Shown here: piece by piece, positions 18,668 through 29,165 of the stretch | Numbering within the stretch: the stretch's first letter is position 1 | Layout: each line of letters opens with the position of its first letter | Source of the DNA: Planctomycetota bacterium | GTDB lineage: Bacteria; Planctomycetota; JAJSAM01; JAJVHW01 | Direction of reading: 5' to 3' | Assembly (NCBI GenBank): GCA_965248445.1 | Contig: CBDFJG010000003.1 | Span: forward strand, 1,088,001 to 1,152,000 | DNA: 64,000 nt | Notes under the pieces: model-generated | What the model saw: the letters and a program-made list of their open reading frames with translations, nothing else | Database searches by the model: none | Told to the model about the DNA's origin: nothing | Made by a program: the position numbers and the translations under genes

Positions 18668-20785
18668 GTGAGCGGCGACGAAGGCACTGTTGACTCGACG
18701 AACGCGGCGGGCCGCCCGAGCAGCACCTCGCGCCCGAGCACCCCCGTGCAGTACCTCCGTGGCGTCGGACCGGCCCGCGCGGAGCTGCTCGGCAAGCTCG
18801 GTGTGCGAACGCTCGAGGATCTGACGCGGCACTACCCGCGAGAGCACCAGGACCGCAGCAAGGTCGTCCCCATCGCCGAGCTGCGTCCCGAGACGCGCGC
18901 AACGGTCGAGGGGCGCGTCGCCGCCGTGCGCAAGCGCAGGATGGGCGGGTATGCCCGGCGGCGCTCGCTGGTCGTCGTGAGCATCGAGGACGGGAGCGGA
19001 ACGCTCGAGGTCGAGTTCTGGCAGCAGCCATGGCGGGCGGATCAGCTCGCGCCCGGCACCGACGTCATCTTGGCGGGACGCGTCACGTGGGATCACGGCC
19101 CGAAGATGAGCAGCCCGGAGGTCGAGGTTCCACGGGAGGAGGACGAGCCGCTCTCCGCGGGCCGCATCGTCCCCGTCCACCCCGTCACCCAGGGTCTCCA
19201 CCCGGCGTGGATGCGCGGCGTCGTCGCGCGCGCGCTGGACGCGGTCGCGGACCAACTGGACGATCCGCTTCCGGAGTCCATCCGCTCGGCCCGAGACCTG
19301 CAGCCGTTGGCGACGGCTCTCCGCCAGATGCACTTCCCGGAGTCCGAGCTCGCGCTCTCCACGGCACGGCGACGGTTGGAGTACGAGGAGCTGTTCATCC
19401 TCCAAACGGCGATCGCGCTCCGGCGCCGCCACCTGCGCGTCGAAGAGAAGCCACATCGCGTCGCCATCGACGCGCGGCTGGATGGCCGCATCCGCGCACG
19501 CTTCCCGTTCCCACTGACCGGTGCGCAGGACCGCTGCTGTGCGGAGATCGCGGAGGATCTCGCTTCCGGGCATCCGATGAACCGGCTGCTGCAGGGAGAT
19601 GTCGGCGCCGGCAAGACGGTCGTCGCCGCGTACGCGATGCTCGCCGTCGTCGCACACAAGCTGCAGTGCGCACTGCTGGCGCCGACCGAGATCCTGGCGG
19701 AGCAGCACCACGCCACGTTCTCCCGAATGCTCGAGGGATCACGAGTGCGTCTTGCCCTGCTCACCGGCAGCGCCAGCGCGTCCGAACGGCGCGACCATCT
19801 GTCCGCGCTCGCTGCCGGAGAGATCGATATCTGCATCGGCACGCATGCGTTGCTCACGGGCGACGTGCAATTCGAAACGCTGGCGCTCGTGATCGTGGAC
19901 GAGCAGCACAAGTTCGGGGTGCTACAGCGCTCCGCACTCCGCAAGAAGGGGCTGGCGCCGGACGTGCTCGTCATGAGCGCCACCCCCATTCCGCGCACGC
20001 TGACCATGACCCTCTTCGGGGACCTCGACGTGAGCGTCCTCGACGAGATGCCGCCCGGGCGCAGTCCCGTCGCAACCGTGCTGGCGGCCGAGGCCGACCG
20101 CGAGCGCGTGCACGATCTCACGCGCCGCGTCGTACGCCGCGGCCATCGCGTCTACCACGTGGTGCCGCTGGTCGAGGAGAGCGACGAGAGCAACCTGCGC
20201 GCCGCCGTGCAGCATGCACAACACCTGCGAGACGACGTGTTCCCCGAGATCGACGTCGGATTGCTGCACGGCCGCATGAGCGGGGCGGAAAAGGACGCGG
20301 CGATGGACCGCTTCCGCGCAGGCGAGACCCCGATCCTGGTGTGCACGTCCGTAGTCGAGGTTGGCGTGGACGTACCCGAGGCGACCCTGCTGGTCATCGA
20401 GCACGGCGAGCGTTTCGGACTCGCGCAACTCCACCAGCTCCGCGGACGGGTCGGCCGCGGCGAGCACCCCGGACGAATGATCGTCTTCCACGACTCCGTC
20501 ACACCCGACGCGCTGGAGCGGCTGAACGCCATCGCATCCACGACTGACGGCTTCGTGATCGCCGAGGAGGACCTGCGCATCCGGGGCCCCGGCGAGTTCC
20601 TCGGCACCCGGCAGAGCGGTCTCCCTGAACTGCGGCTGGCGAGTCTCGTGGGCGGCGCGGCGCTGCTGACGGACGCGCGGGAGGACGCCCTGGCATTGGT
20701 CGAGCGGGACCCGGACCTGACCTCCGAAGGCGCCCCGGTGCGCGAAGCCCTGCGCCGCTTCCTCGAATCTCGGCGTTCGAAGTAG
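18668..20785 (+). CDS. recG: ATP-dependent DNA helicase RecG
   Basis: LRGVGP, PMNRLLQGDVGAGKT, APTEILAEQH, DEQHKFG, MSATPIPRTL, ERFGLAQLHQLRGRVGRG, RGPGEFLGTRQSG. Start approximate. Confidence 0.97.
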   Translation: MSGDEGTVDSTNAAGRPSSTSRPSTPVQYLRGVGPARAELLGKLGVRTLEDLTRHYPREHQDRSKVVPIAELRPETRATVEGRVAAVRKRRMGGYARRRSLVVVSIEDGSGTLEVEFWQQPWRADQLAPGTDVILAGRVTWDHGPKMSSPEVEVPREEDEPLSAGRIVPVHPVTQGLHPAWMRGVVARALDAVADQLDDPLPESIRSARDLQPLATALRQMHFPESELALSTARRRLEYEELFILQTAIALRRRHLRVEEKPHRVAIDARLDGRIRARFPFPLTGAQDRCCAEIAEDLASGHPMNRLLQGDVGAGKTVVAAYAMLAVVAHKLQCALLAPTEILAEQHHATFSRMLEGSRVRLALLTGSASASERRDHLSALAAGEIDICIGTHALLTGDVQFETLALVIVDEQHKFGVLQRSALRKKGLAPDVLVMSATPIPRTLTMTLFGDLDVSVLDEMPPGRSPVATVLAAEADRERVHDLTRRVVRRGHRVYHVVPLVEESDESNLRAAVQHAQHLRDDVFPEIDVGLLHGRMSGAEKDAAMDRFRAGETPILVCTSVVEVGVDVPEATLLVIEHGERFGLAQLHQLRGRVGRGEHPGRMIVFHDSVTPDALERLNAIASTTDGFVIAEEDLRIRGPGEFLGTRQSGLPELRLASLVGGAALLTDAREDALALVERDPDLTSEGAPVREALRRFLESRRSK

Positions 20786-20789
20786 TCCG

Positions 20790-22340
20790 CTAGCGTTCTT
20801 CGGCGGCGGGCGTCGCGACCTGCGGTCGCACGAGCAGCACGATCACGCGCTCGGTGCTGCGGGACCCGGTGCTGCGGGACCCGGTGCTGCGGGACTCGGC
20901 GGCGCTGCCGGGCCGAGCGCCGCGGGCTCCGCCGGCTGCCCCACCCCTGCCGACGGCCGGACCCCCGCCGCCCCCGCCCGTGCTCGGACCGGAAGCTGGA
21001 GAGTCCGCGACTCCGACGTTGTTCGCCTCGGCGGCGGCGCGGCGACCGCGCAGGAAACCGTCGACGAGCCGCGCCACCAGAGCGCGGTCGATCGAGCGTT
21101 CCCCGGCCTCGGAGGGTGGCTCTTGCCGGTGCGCGACTGACTCGCCCTCGCGCGGGCCGCCCTCGGATTCGCCGGCGGCGTCCGCGCCCGGAGCTGATGG
21201 AGCCGCCGGCGTCACGAACGACGATGCGCCGCCTGACGCGCCGCGCCGGCTGCCGAACGTCGCCCGCGGGACCGACACGTCCGCTACGACGGTGACCGGC
21301 GAAGCGGCGCGCCCAACTTGTTCGCTTGCCGCGGAGCCGAGGGACTTCTCCCCGTCGCCCTTCTTCGCCTCGTCTTCGCCCGCTCCGGACTCCGCGACGT
21401 CCTCCCCAAACGCGGACGCCGCGCCCGCTCCGTCGGCACGGCTCAGTCGCGCGACGTACGCCTGCGCCGCCGCCTCGTCCGTGAACACTGCGTAGCGCGC
21501 GCCCCCGACCTCGGTTATCCAGAAGTCTGGCTCACCCGGAGTCCGGGTCTCGCGCAACCGTCGCATCGCGGCTCCCGCCGACCTCTCGAGTCCAGAGTCC
21601 TTGCCGGCGGCCTTGTCTCGGGTGTTGTCCGCGTCGCGGAACTCATCGGGATCCTCTGCCGACTCGTTGTCGGCGCTCGCGTCGTCGTCGCCGTCACCCA
21701 TGCGATCGGCCCCCATTCGATCGGCAACGTCCGCGGCAGCGGTGTCTGCAGGCGCCGACGTGGCCCTGGCGCGGGGCGCCGGAGCGCGCGCGGGCGCGGT
21801 GCCCGGCATGTCGTCGGCCGCGTCCGCTTCGGGCTTGGCACCGGCACCGCGGCCGGCGTCTTCCTCGAGTTCGCCGAAGACGCCACGCTCCTTGCGCGTG
21901 CCCTCGTTCTTGGCGTCTCGAGACGACTGCGCGCGATCGAGCGCGATCGTCTCTTCTTCCGGGACGCCGGCAACATCCATCTCGCCAGGCGGGAGAGACG
22001 GCGAGCCGCGATCCGTCGCGAGCACGAATCCGATGACGAGCGCTGCGGCTGCCGTCGCCGACAAGAGGGGCGCCAGGCGCATCAACAGGCCACGGGGCCG
22101 TTGCGCACGTACCGCTCCAAGGATGTCGTCGGACAGCCCGGCTGGCGCGTGAACCGCCGGGACCGCGGCGAACAGTTCGCCCAGTCGCCGCAGTTCCTGC
22201 GCCTCGTCGCCCAGCTCCGTGGCCGACGCCAGCAACTCCGCGAGACGCGCGCGTCCTGCGTCGTCCAGGCGATCGTCGCGCTCGAGATCGAGCAGCGCCA
22301 TCAGCTCCTCGCGCTCGTCCGGGTGTTCGCGCGCCGTCAC
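20790..22340 (-). CDS. Putative anti-sigma factor (membrane-anchored, low-complexity periplasmic tail)
   Basis: Overlaps the ECF sigma stop codon. N-terminal helical domain, one TM, acidic/Ala-rich tail. Confidence 0.65.
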   Translation of the reverse strand: MTAREHPDEREELMALLDLERDDRLDDAGRARLAELLASATELGDEAQELRRLGELFAAVPAVHAPAGLSDDILGAVRAQRPRGLLMRLAPLLSATAAAALVIGFVLATDRGSPSLPPGEMDVAGVPEEETIALDRAQSSRDAKNEGTRKERGVFGELEEDAGRGAGAKPEADAADDMPGTAPARAPAPRARATSAPADTAAADVADRMGADRMGDGDDDASADNESAEDPDEFRDADNTRDKAAGKDSGLERSAGAAMRRLRETRTPGEPDFWITEVGGARYAVFTDEAAAQAYVARLSRADGAGAASAFGEDVAESGAGEDEAKKGDGEKSLGSAASEQVGRAASPVTVVADVSVPRATFGSRRGASGGASSFVTPAAPSAPGADAAGESEGGPREGESVAHRQEPPSEAGERSIDRALVARLVDGFLRGRRAAAEANNVGVADSPASGPSTGGGGGGPAVGRGGAAGGARGARPGSAAESRSTGSRSTGSRSTERVIVLLVRPQVATPAAEER

Positions 22341-22725
22341 AGGATCTTCCCCCGCAGCCGGTCGCGCAGATCAGCCCGCGCGCGGAACAGGCGGGAGCGC
22401 ACTGTCCCCACCGGAACGCCGACGATCTCGGCGATCTCCTCGTAGGCCAGACCCTGAAACTCGCGCAGGACGATCACTTCCTTCTGATCCGGATGGAGCC
22501 GGTCCAGTTCCCCGAGCAGGAGTTCCTTCTCCTCCTCGGCGGAGACGAGCTCGTCCGCACGGGGCTGATTTCCGGCCGGATCCAGCGCCACGGCGCCGCC
22601 GTCCTCGCTCGCCCGGAGGGCGTCGAGGCTGAGCGGTTTGCCGTACTTCTGCGCGGACCGTTTGCGCATCTCACTCCTCACCTGATTGACCGCGATGGCG
22701 TAGATCCAGGTCCCGAAGGCGTCAC
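22337..22725 (-). pseudogene. ECF sigma factor, 5'-truncated (end of region 2 plus region 4)
   Basis: FGTWIYAIAVN and LREFQGLAYEEIAEIVGVPVGTVRSRLFRAR. Upstream sequence is primase-derived, so the N-terminus is missing. Junction position approximate. Confidence 0.85.
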
Positions 22726-23713
<988 letters not shown>

Positions 23714-23813
23714 CGCGTGCCACGGTAGGCCCGGCGAAGTGCCCTTTCGCTTGCCCCGAAGTCAGCTTCTCTGGCGGACTTTCAGGCAGGGAGTTGCGCC
23801 ACCGACTCACTAG

Positions 23814-24244
23814 CCCGAATCGTTCACCAGCCGGGAATCTGAGCGGGCCGTCGTCTGTCTAAGTGCTCGTACTCGCTAGTACTTGCACCGACAGGAGCGC
23901 CGGCCCGATGACGACAGACTGTAGCCCGCAGGGGACCCTCTTCGCGGGCATCTGTGGACGCACCGCGGTGACGCGCTTCGACGCCGGTACCGTGACGAGC
24001 GACGGGGGCGTGCTGCTGCTCGAGCGGGTCGATCGTCGCATCGATCTGCTCTCGCGGTTTGCGCGCTGCTTCGGGGACCACCGGGACCCGCGTCGGGTCG
24101 AGCACACGGTCGGCCAGATGCTGCGTCAGCGGGTCTTCGGGCTGTGCGCGGGCTACGAGGATCTGGTGGACCACGACCATGTCGGCAAGGACCCGCTGTT
24201 TGCCGCGGCGTGCGGCAAGCGCGAGGGTGCTCTGGCCACGCACC
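23814..24244 (+). mobile_element. IS1380-family element, copy 3 (left 431 bp only)
   Basis: CTAG + IRL. Identity with the other copies stops after GCCACGCACC at 24244. Confidence 0.93.
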
Positions 24245-24605
24245 TGCGTTCATCGCGATCAAGGACTCGGCCGTGACGGACTCCGGGAACGTGTACTTCG
24301 GGGACCCCGTGTTCGGAACACTGGCACGGATGGACGCCTACTGCTACGCCGAGAACAACTTCTACGACTCGAACCTCGACGAGAGCGGATCGACGGAACT
24401 CACCATCAACGGGGTCATGTCGGCCGGCAACCAGATCGTCGTTGACCGTGACCACGACAACGGCAGCCACACCAAGATGACCGTCAACTTCGACGACCGC
24501 GTCGAGTTGGGCACCCTGGAGCTTCCCGGCCTGCCGAGTTCTACGGGTGGATCCGGCATCCGCGAGATGGAGATCCTCACGGTCTTCGAGATCGGTGCCA
24601 ACTGA
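24245..24605 (+). pseudogene. C-terminal fragment of a beta-rich exported protein (PilX-like, tentative)
   Basis: Strongly coding-like frame AFIAIKD..MTVNFDDRV..PGLP..* with no start of its own, fused to the broken IS. Confidence 0.5.
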
Positions 24606-24658
24606 CACGCCGCGTCCTGCAGCACTCCGGAACCAGATTCGATGTTGGGGGCTAACTG

Positions 24659-25963
24659 ATGCGTCACTGCGTAGCTGTCCTACTTGCATCGGCGTGTCTG
24701 TTCACGCTGGTCACTCCGACCCTGGCGGCGGACGTCGACGAGAAGGTGATTGCCGCGAGAGCGAGTGAGATCGTCGGCGTGATCGACAGTCTCGATGTCG
24801 AGGACGGCGTCGCGTGCGAGCGTGTCGTCAAGCGGATCGCGGAACTCCCCGTCGAGGAGCGTGTGGCGATCGTGCGTGCGCTCAGCGTGCTGGCAGGGCT
24901 GCGTGAGTCGGATGGTCGCGCCAATTTGTTGCTCGACGCGCTGCATCGCATCGGCGAGCCGGGCGTGCGCACTGCGCTGGCGCAGCTTGCAGCGCCGACG
25001 GCCTCCATGTCGGACCGCGGCCTTCTCTACTGGTGCGCCCGCTACGACAAGGTACACGTCGGGCTCGACCTCCTGCTCCAGGGGGCCGACAACGCCGGCG
25101 AAAAGGAACTCGCAAGCCGCGCCATCCGCGCCGCGATCAGGGATGCCGTGATGGCAGAACTCGTGCGCGAGGACAAGGGGCTCGAGAGCATCGCCCCCCG
25201 GCTCCGATCCGTACGGCCGGTGGTGCAGGACGTCGCGCTCGACGCCCTCGAGCGAGGCGGCTATCACGTCAGCACGCGCGACCTCAGCCTTCTCGTGAGC
25301 GGGAATCCCGACACGGATCTCGCAGTCATGACGCGGCTGGCCCGGCTCCCCGTCAGGGAGCCCGACGCCATCGACCCGATCGCCTCCGGTCGCGTGCGCT
25401 CGCACCTGCAGAGCAGCGAGCGCGAGGTGCGACGCGTTGCCGTGATCACGGCAACTCGTTTCCGCCTGCCGGGCTACGTGGATCGGCTTGTTCAGATGCT
25501 AGATGACGGAGATGCGATCGTCGCGGCGACGGCCCACCGCTCGCTTCGCGCGCAGAGCGGTCAGCGTCTGCTCGCCGAGAGTGACCTCTGGAAGCGCTGG
25601 CTCGAGGGCCAACGTGCATGGCTGACCAAGCTCGGACCGAAGCTGCGCAAGGACGTCGAGGCCGAAGACGCGCAGGTCGCGATCAGTGCGCTCGACCAGA
25701 TGGCCGCACACGCCATCCTGGCGGGCGAGCTCTTGGGTGCGGCCAAGACCGCGCTGCGTCATGACGATGCTGCCGTGCGTGGCCGTGCGTGCGGTGTGGT
25801 CGGACAGTTCGGCTACTTCGAGTCGATTCCGGACCTCGTCCGGCTACTCGAGGACGACGACGAGCGGGCTCAACTGGCGGCGCACGATGCGCTCAAGGAA
25901 CTGACCGGACTGCGCACCGTTGAAGCCGTCCCGCACTGGGCCGACGAACTCCTGCTCGACTAG
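24659..25963 (+). CDS. Secreted HEAT-repeat protein
   Basis: Signal peptide and HEAT motifs (LVQMLDDGDAIV, IPDLVRLLEDDDERAQLAAHDALKELTG). Confidence 0.85.
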   Translation: MRHCVAVLLASACLFTLVTPTLAADVDEKVIAARASEIVGVIDSLDVEDGVACERVVKRIAELPVEERVAIVRALSVLAGLRESDGRANLLLDALHRIGEPGVRTALAQLAAPTASMSDRGLLYWCARYDKVHVGLDLLLQGADNAGEKELASRAIRAAIRDAVMAELVREDKGLESIAPRLRSVRPVVQDVALDALERGGYHVSTRDLSLLVSGNPDTDLAVMTRLARLPVREPDAIDPIASGRVRSHLQSSEREVRRVAVITATRFRLPGYVDRLVQMLDDGDAIVAATAHRSLRAQSGQRLLAESDLWKRWLEGQRAWLTKLGPKLRKDVEAEDAQVAISALDQMAAHAILAGELLGAAKTALRHDDAAVRGRACGVVGQFGYFESIPDLVRLLEDDDERAQLAAHDALKELTGLRTVEAVPHWADELLLD

Positions 25964-26268
25964 ATCCCCGCGTCGCCCAGCGTTCGCATGAACGACTGGA
26001 CGAGCCCGACCAGACGCGGGTGGGCGGTCTCGAATCCGCGCAGAGCGTCCTCGATCTCGTCGCCGTCGGCAGGGGGGGCGTCCCCCGACGCAACCGCCTC
26101 GGCGTGACGGGCCACGGCCATCGCGTCCTCGCCGTGGGTCTCCGCCGCGGCTGACAGCTCGCTGCGCAACGCAGATACGAGCGAGAGCAGCTCCGCGCGC
26201 GTCTCCTCCCCGGTGCGCTTCGACGCGCGGATGCGCTCCTCGAGCCTGCGCAGCGTGTCCTCGACCAT
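25960..26268 (-). CDS. DUF4404 family protein
   Basis: MVEDTLRRLE..FETAHPRLVGLVQSFMRTLGDAGI. GAGG RBS upstream. Confidence 0.8.
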   Translation of the reverse strand: MVEDTLRRLEERIRASKRTGEETRAELLSLVSALRSELSAAAETHGEDAMAVARHAEAVASGDAPPADGDEIEDALRGFETAHPRLVGLVQSFMRTLGDAGI

Positions 26269-26419
26269 CGGAGCCTCCTCGATCCCGTCGTGTCTCCTCC
26301 ATCTTGACACGTCGAGCTCGCACGCGGCGCATCTTGGATCCCGCCCTTGCGACGCTGATCGCATCTGCTCCACACTGGCCGGGCGGCGGCGCGCGAGGTG
26401 CTGCGCCGCGTGGAGCCCT

Positions 26420-26568
26420 GATCCCCGGCATCCACAATGACTGGATGCGCCGCGTGGTCGCCACGCCCGGCGTCGCAGAGGCGCTCGACAGGGCGGATCC
26501 CTCGATCGTGTCCTTGGCGTACCGCCAGACGCTCGACGCGTCACTCGGCGACAAGCTCGACCTCTTAG
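26420..26568 (+). repeat. 149-bp direct repeat, copy A (identical to 39902-40050)
   Basis: GATCCCCGGCATCCACAATG...GACCTCTTAG occurs at both sites. This copy abuts the IRR of IS copy 4. Confidence 0.95.
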
Positions 26569-28237
26569 CCGCATCTGTTCACGAGACGTCGCGATGACGG
26601 TGCTTTCGGAGTCCACAGGGTCAGATCTTGGCCAGGCGAGGGCGGATGCTGTCGTCGTTGCCACAAGGGCAACGCGAGTGAGCGGCCGAAACGGCGCGGA
26701 TTCTGCGGTGTGGGCAGACCGTAGGCCGGGCGGTGGTGTGGCGGACGGCGCGGCGGGACGTCAGGTCGGCTTCGGGGATGCCAGCAGTCGTTGCGCGCAG
26801 CGCTCGAAGACGTGCTGCCAGGGCCACGACGAGGACATCGAGACCCAGATCCGGCGCGTCGTGATCCGCACGAGCGCGCCGATCTTGAGCAGCCGCAGGC
26901 GGATCGTGCCGGCTTGCGCACGCGCCATCTCGGTGCCGGCGAGACCGATGCGTCGCAGCGCACAGGTCAGGACGTAGGCCATGGCCGACATGGCCATCCG
27001 CACGGCGTTGCCCTGCATCGTGTGCACCGACAGACGGGTGCCGAAGAGCTCGAGCTGCTGCTCCTTGATGCGATTCTCCGCCTCGCCCCGGGCGCAGTAG
27101 AGCTGCTCGTAGAGACGCTTGCTGCTCCAGCTACGAGGCGGCAGATTGGTCACCACGAAGCGGGGATTGCGCTTGCCGCCCGGCAGGTGCTCGGCCTTGG
27201 CGACCACGCGACGCCTCTGGCTCCAGCTCCCCAGCGTGGTCCAGGCAAAGTCGCGAAAGACCCGGGCTGCTCGGCCGGTCTGCACGGCACGGGCTGCGGC
27301 CTCATCGAGCGCGTCTTCGACGTGTCGCTCAAGGCGCTCATTGCGCGCCATGCCCAGCAGGTAGAAGTGGCCGGCGGCCTCGCACCAGGCCATCAGCTCC
27401 TCGCGGCAAAAGCCCGAGTCTGCGCGCACGAGCACCTTGGCCCGGGGCCAGCGGCGCCGCAGACGTAAGACCAGCGCACGGAGCTCGTCCACGACTCCGC
27501 GCGCGGGATCTCTGTCAGCGGTCTGGAGCCGAGCGAGCAAGAGGTGCTCGCCGCAGAAGACGTACAGCGGCAGGTAGCAGTAGTGCCCGTAGTAGCCGTG
27601 GAAGAAGCGGCCCTCCTGCCGGCCGTGCAGCCGCACGTCGGAGTGGTCCAGGTCCAGCACGAGCAGGCCCGGATCCTCCGGCCCCATGGCCTCGCAGAAG
27701 ACGTCGCTGAGCACGCTGTCCACGCGCTCCTGGTCCATCTCGATCTTGGCGTAGCGCGTCTGTGCCGTGGCGCCGAGCTGCGTGGTCTCGAGCCGCGAGA
27801 GCGTCGGGTGCGTGGCCAGAGCACCCTCGCGCTTGCCGCACGCCGCGGCAAACAGCGGGTCCTTGCCGACATGGTCGTGGTCCACCAGATCCTCGTAGCC
27901 CGCGCACAGCCCGAAGACCCGCTGACGCAGCATCTGGCCGACCGTGTGCTCGACCCGACGCGGGTCCCGGTGGTCCCCGAAGCAGCGCGCAAACCGCGAG
28001 AGCAGATCGATGCGACGATCGACCCGCTCGAGCAGCAGCACGCCCCCGTCGCTCGTCACGGTACCGGCGTCGAAGCGCGTCACCGCGGTGCGTCCACAGA
28101 TGCCCGCGAAGAGGGTCCCCTGCGGGCTACAGTCTGTCGTCATCGGGCCGGCGCTCCTGTCGGTGCAAGTACTAGCGAGTACGAGCACTTAGACAGACGA
28201 CGGCCCGCTCAGATTCCCGGCTGGTGAACGATTCGGG
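26569..28237 (-). mobile_element. IS1380-family element, copy 4
   Basis: Full length. Flanks are TTAG and TAAC, so there is no matching TSD. Confidence 0.95.
26761..28143 (-). CDS. IS1380-family DDE transposase
   Basis: Identical protein to copy 1. Confidence 0.95.
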   Translation of the reverse strand: MTTDCSPQGTLFAGICGRTAVTRFDAGTVTSDGGVLLLERVDRRIDLLSRFARCFGDHRDPRRVEHTVGQMLRQRVFGLCAGYEDLVDHDHVGKDPLFAAACGKREGALATHPTLSRLETTQLGATAQTRYAKIEMDQERVDSVLSDVFCEAMGPEDPGLLVLDLDHSDVRLHGRQEGRFFHGYYGHYCYLPLYVFCGEHLLLARLQTADRDPARGVVDELRALVLRLRRRWPRAKVLVRADSGFCREELMAWCEAAGHFYLLGMARNERLERHVEDALDEAAARAVQTGRAARVFRDFAWTTLGSWSQRRRVVAKAEHLPGGKRNPRFVVTNLPPRSWSSKRLYEQLYCARGEAENRIKEQQLELFGTRLSVHTMQGNAVRMAMSAMAYVLTCALRRIGLAGTEMARAQAGTIRLRLLKIGALVRITTRRIWVSMSSSWPWQHVFERCAQRLLASPKPT

Positions 28238-28439
28238 TAACTACCGATCGATTCCGGATCTGGGCCGGGCGATGACGAGCCGCTGGGACTCAGGCAGGGC
28301 CTGAAGCGACCGGGATCGGACCGATCGGGAACGTGGTTTCGGACGGAACCTGGATCGATCTGGAACACCGGGATTCGGACGGAACCGGTCTCGGTACGGA
28401 CGGGCTCGCCGTCTTCGGAGCCGTCCCGAGGCTGCGGTA

Positions 28440-29057
28440 TCGTCGTCAGCCGCGGCGCGCGGCGCGCGGCGCGCACGCGAGGAGGCGGTGGCCGCCGAGG
28501 TCGCTTCGTCTGGTGGGGACGTGTCCGCGAGTCCGGTCGCCCTCCGCGTCGAGCCGCGTCCGTCAAAGAGCCGCGCGAGCTGGGCGCGGCTGATCCGCCG
28601 GATCTACGAGGTCGATCCTCTGCTCTGCCCGCGCTGCGAGGGGCCGCCCGAGTTGCTCGCGGTGCTGGTGGACCCCAAGGTGGTCGACGCGGTCCTGCGG
28701 CATCTCGAGGTGCCCGACCAGCCCACGAGCATGCACGCGCGGGATCCGCCCGCGGCGTGAGGCCGCACGGCGGGGTGTTCCGGGGAGTTGCGCGCGGCGA
28801 TGCGGCGGGTGCGGTGGGGAGGGTGCGTGTCGCGCCCGCCGTGCGCTGCGCATGAGAGGGTGGCGCGGCGAGGCGCGGGCGTCTGGGGCTGGTCTGCGGC
28901 CTACGGGGAGGCCGGGGCGAGGGGCCGGCGCGGCGAGTTGCGGTGACAAGAGGCAGCTCAAGCGGAGCAGTGGGGGCGGGTTCGGGGAGGTTCGGGGCGG
29001 TGTGAGCGTGTCGTGGCGGGTGCCGCAGGGCAGGGCGGCGGACACTATCCCCTATCC
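28440..29057 (+). mobile_element. IS91/ISCR-like rolling-circle element remnant (transposase C-terminus plus putative oriIS end)
   Basis: WARLIRRIYEVDPLLCPRC..D.KVV..VLRHL..ARDPP (stop at 28760). The G-rich tail ends in CCCCTATCC, resembling ISCR/IS91-like ori ends. Confidence 0.75.
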
Positions 29058-29165
29058 GTGCGGGGTTCGGTCAGGCCACTGTCGAGCATTCACGCGAGCT
29101 TCAGCAAGACGCTGCCACAACCCGATCTTGGAAGCGGCAGCACCACCGTCGTTCGCCCTTGCACC

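Noticed and set aside
20853..20895. 15-bp tandem repeat (STGSR)
   Set aside because: An in-frame low-complexity repeat in the anti-sigma tail.
25960..25963. Convergent stops sharing CTAG as an IS scar (also 9343-9346)
   Set aside because: A 4-bp overlap of convergent TAG stops is a common arrangement and both genes are intact.
28452..28472. GCGGCGC x3 as another frameshifting duplication
   Set aside because: The transposase frame reads plausibly through it (SSAAARGARR), so no disruption can be shown.
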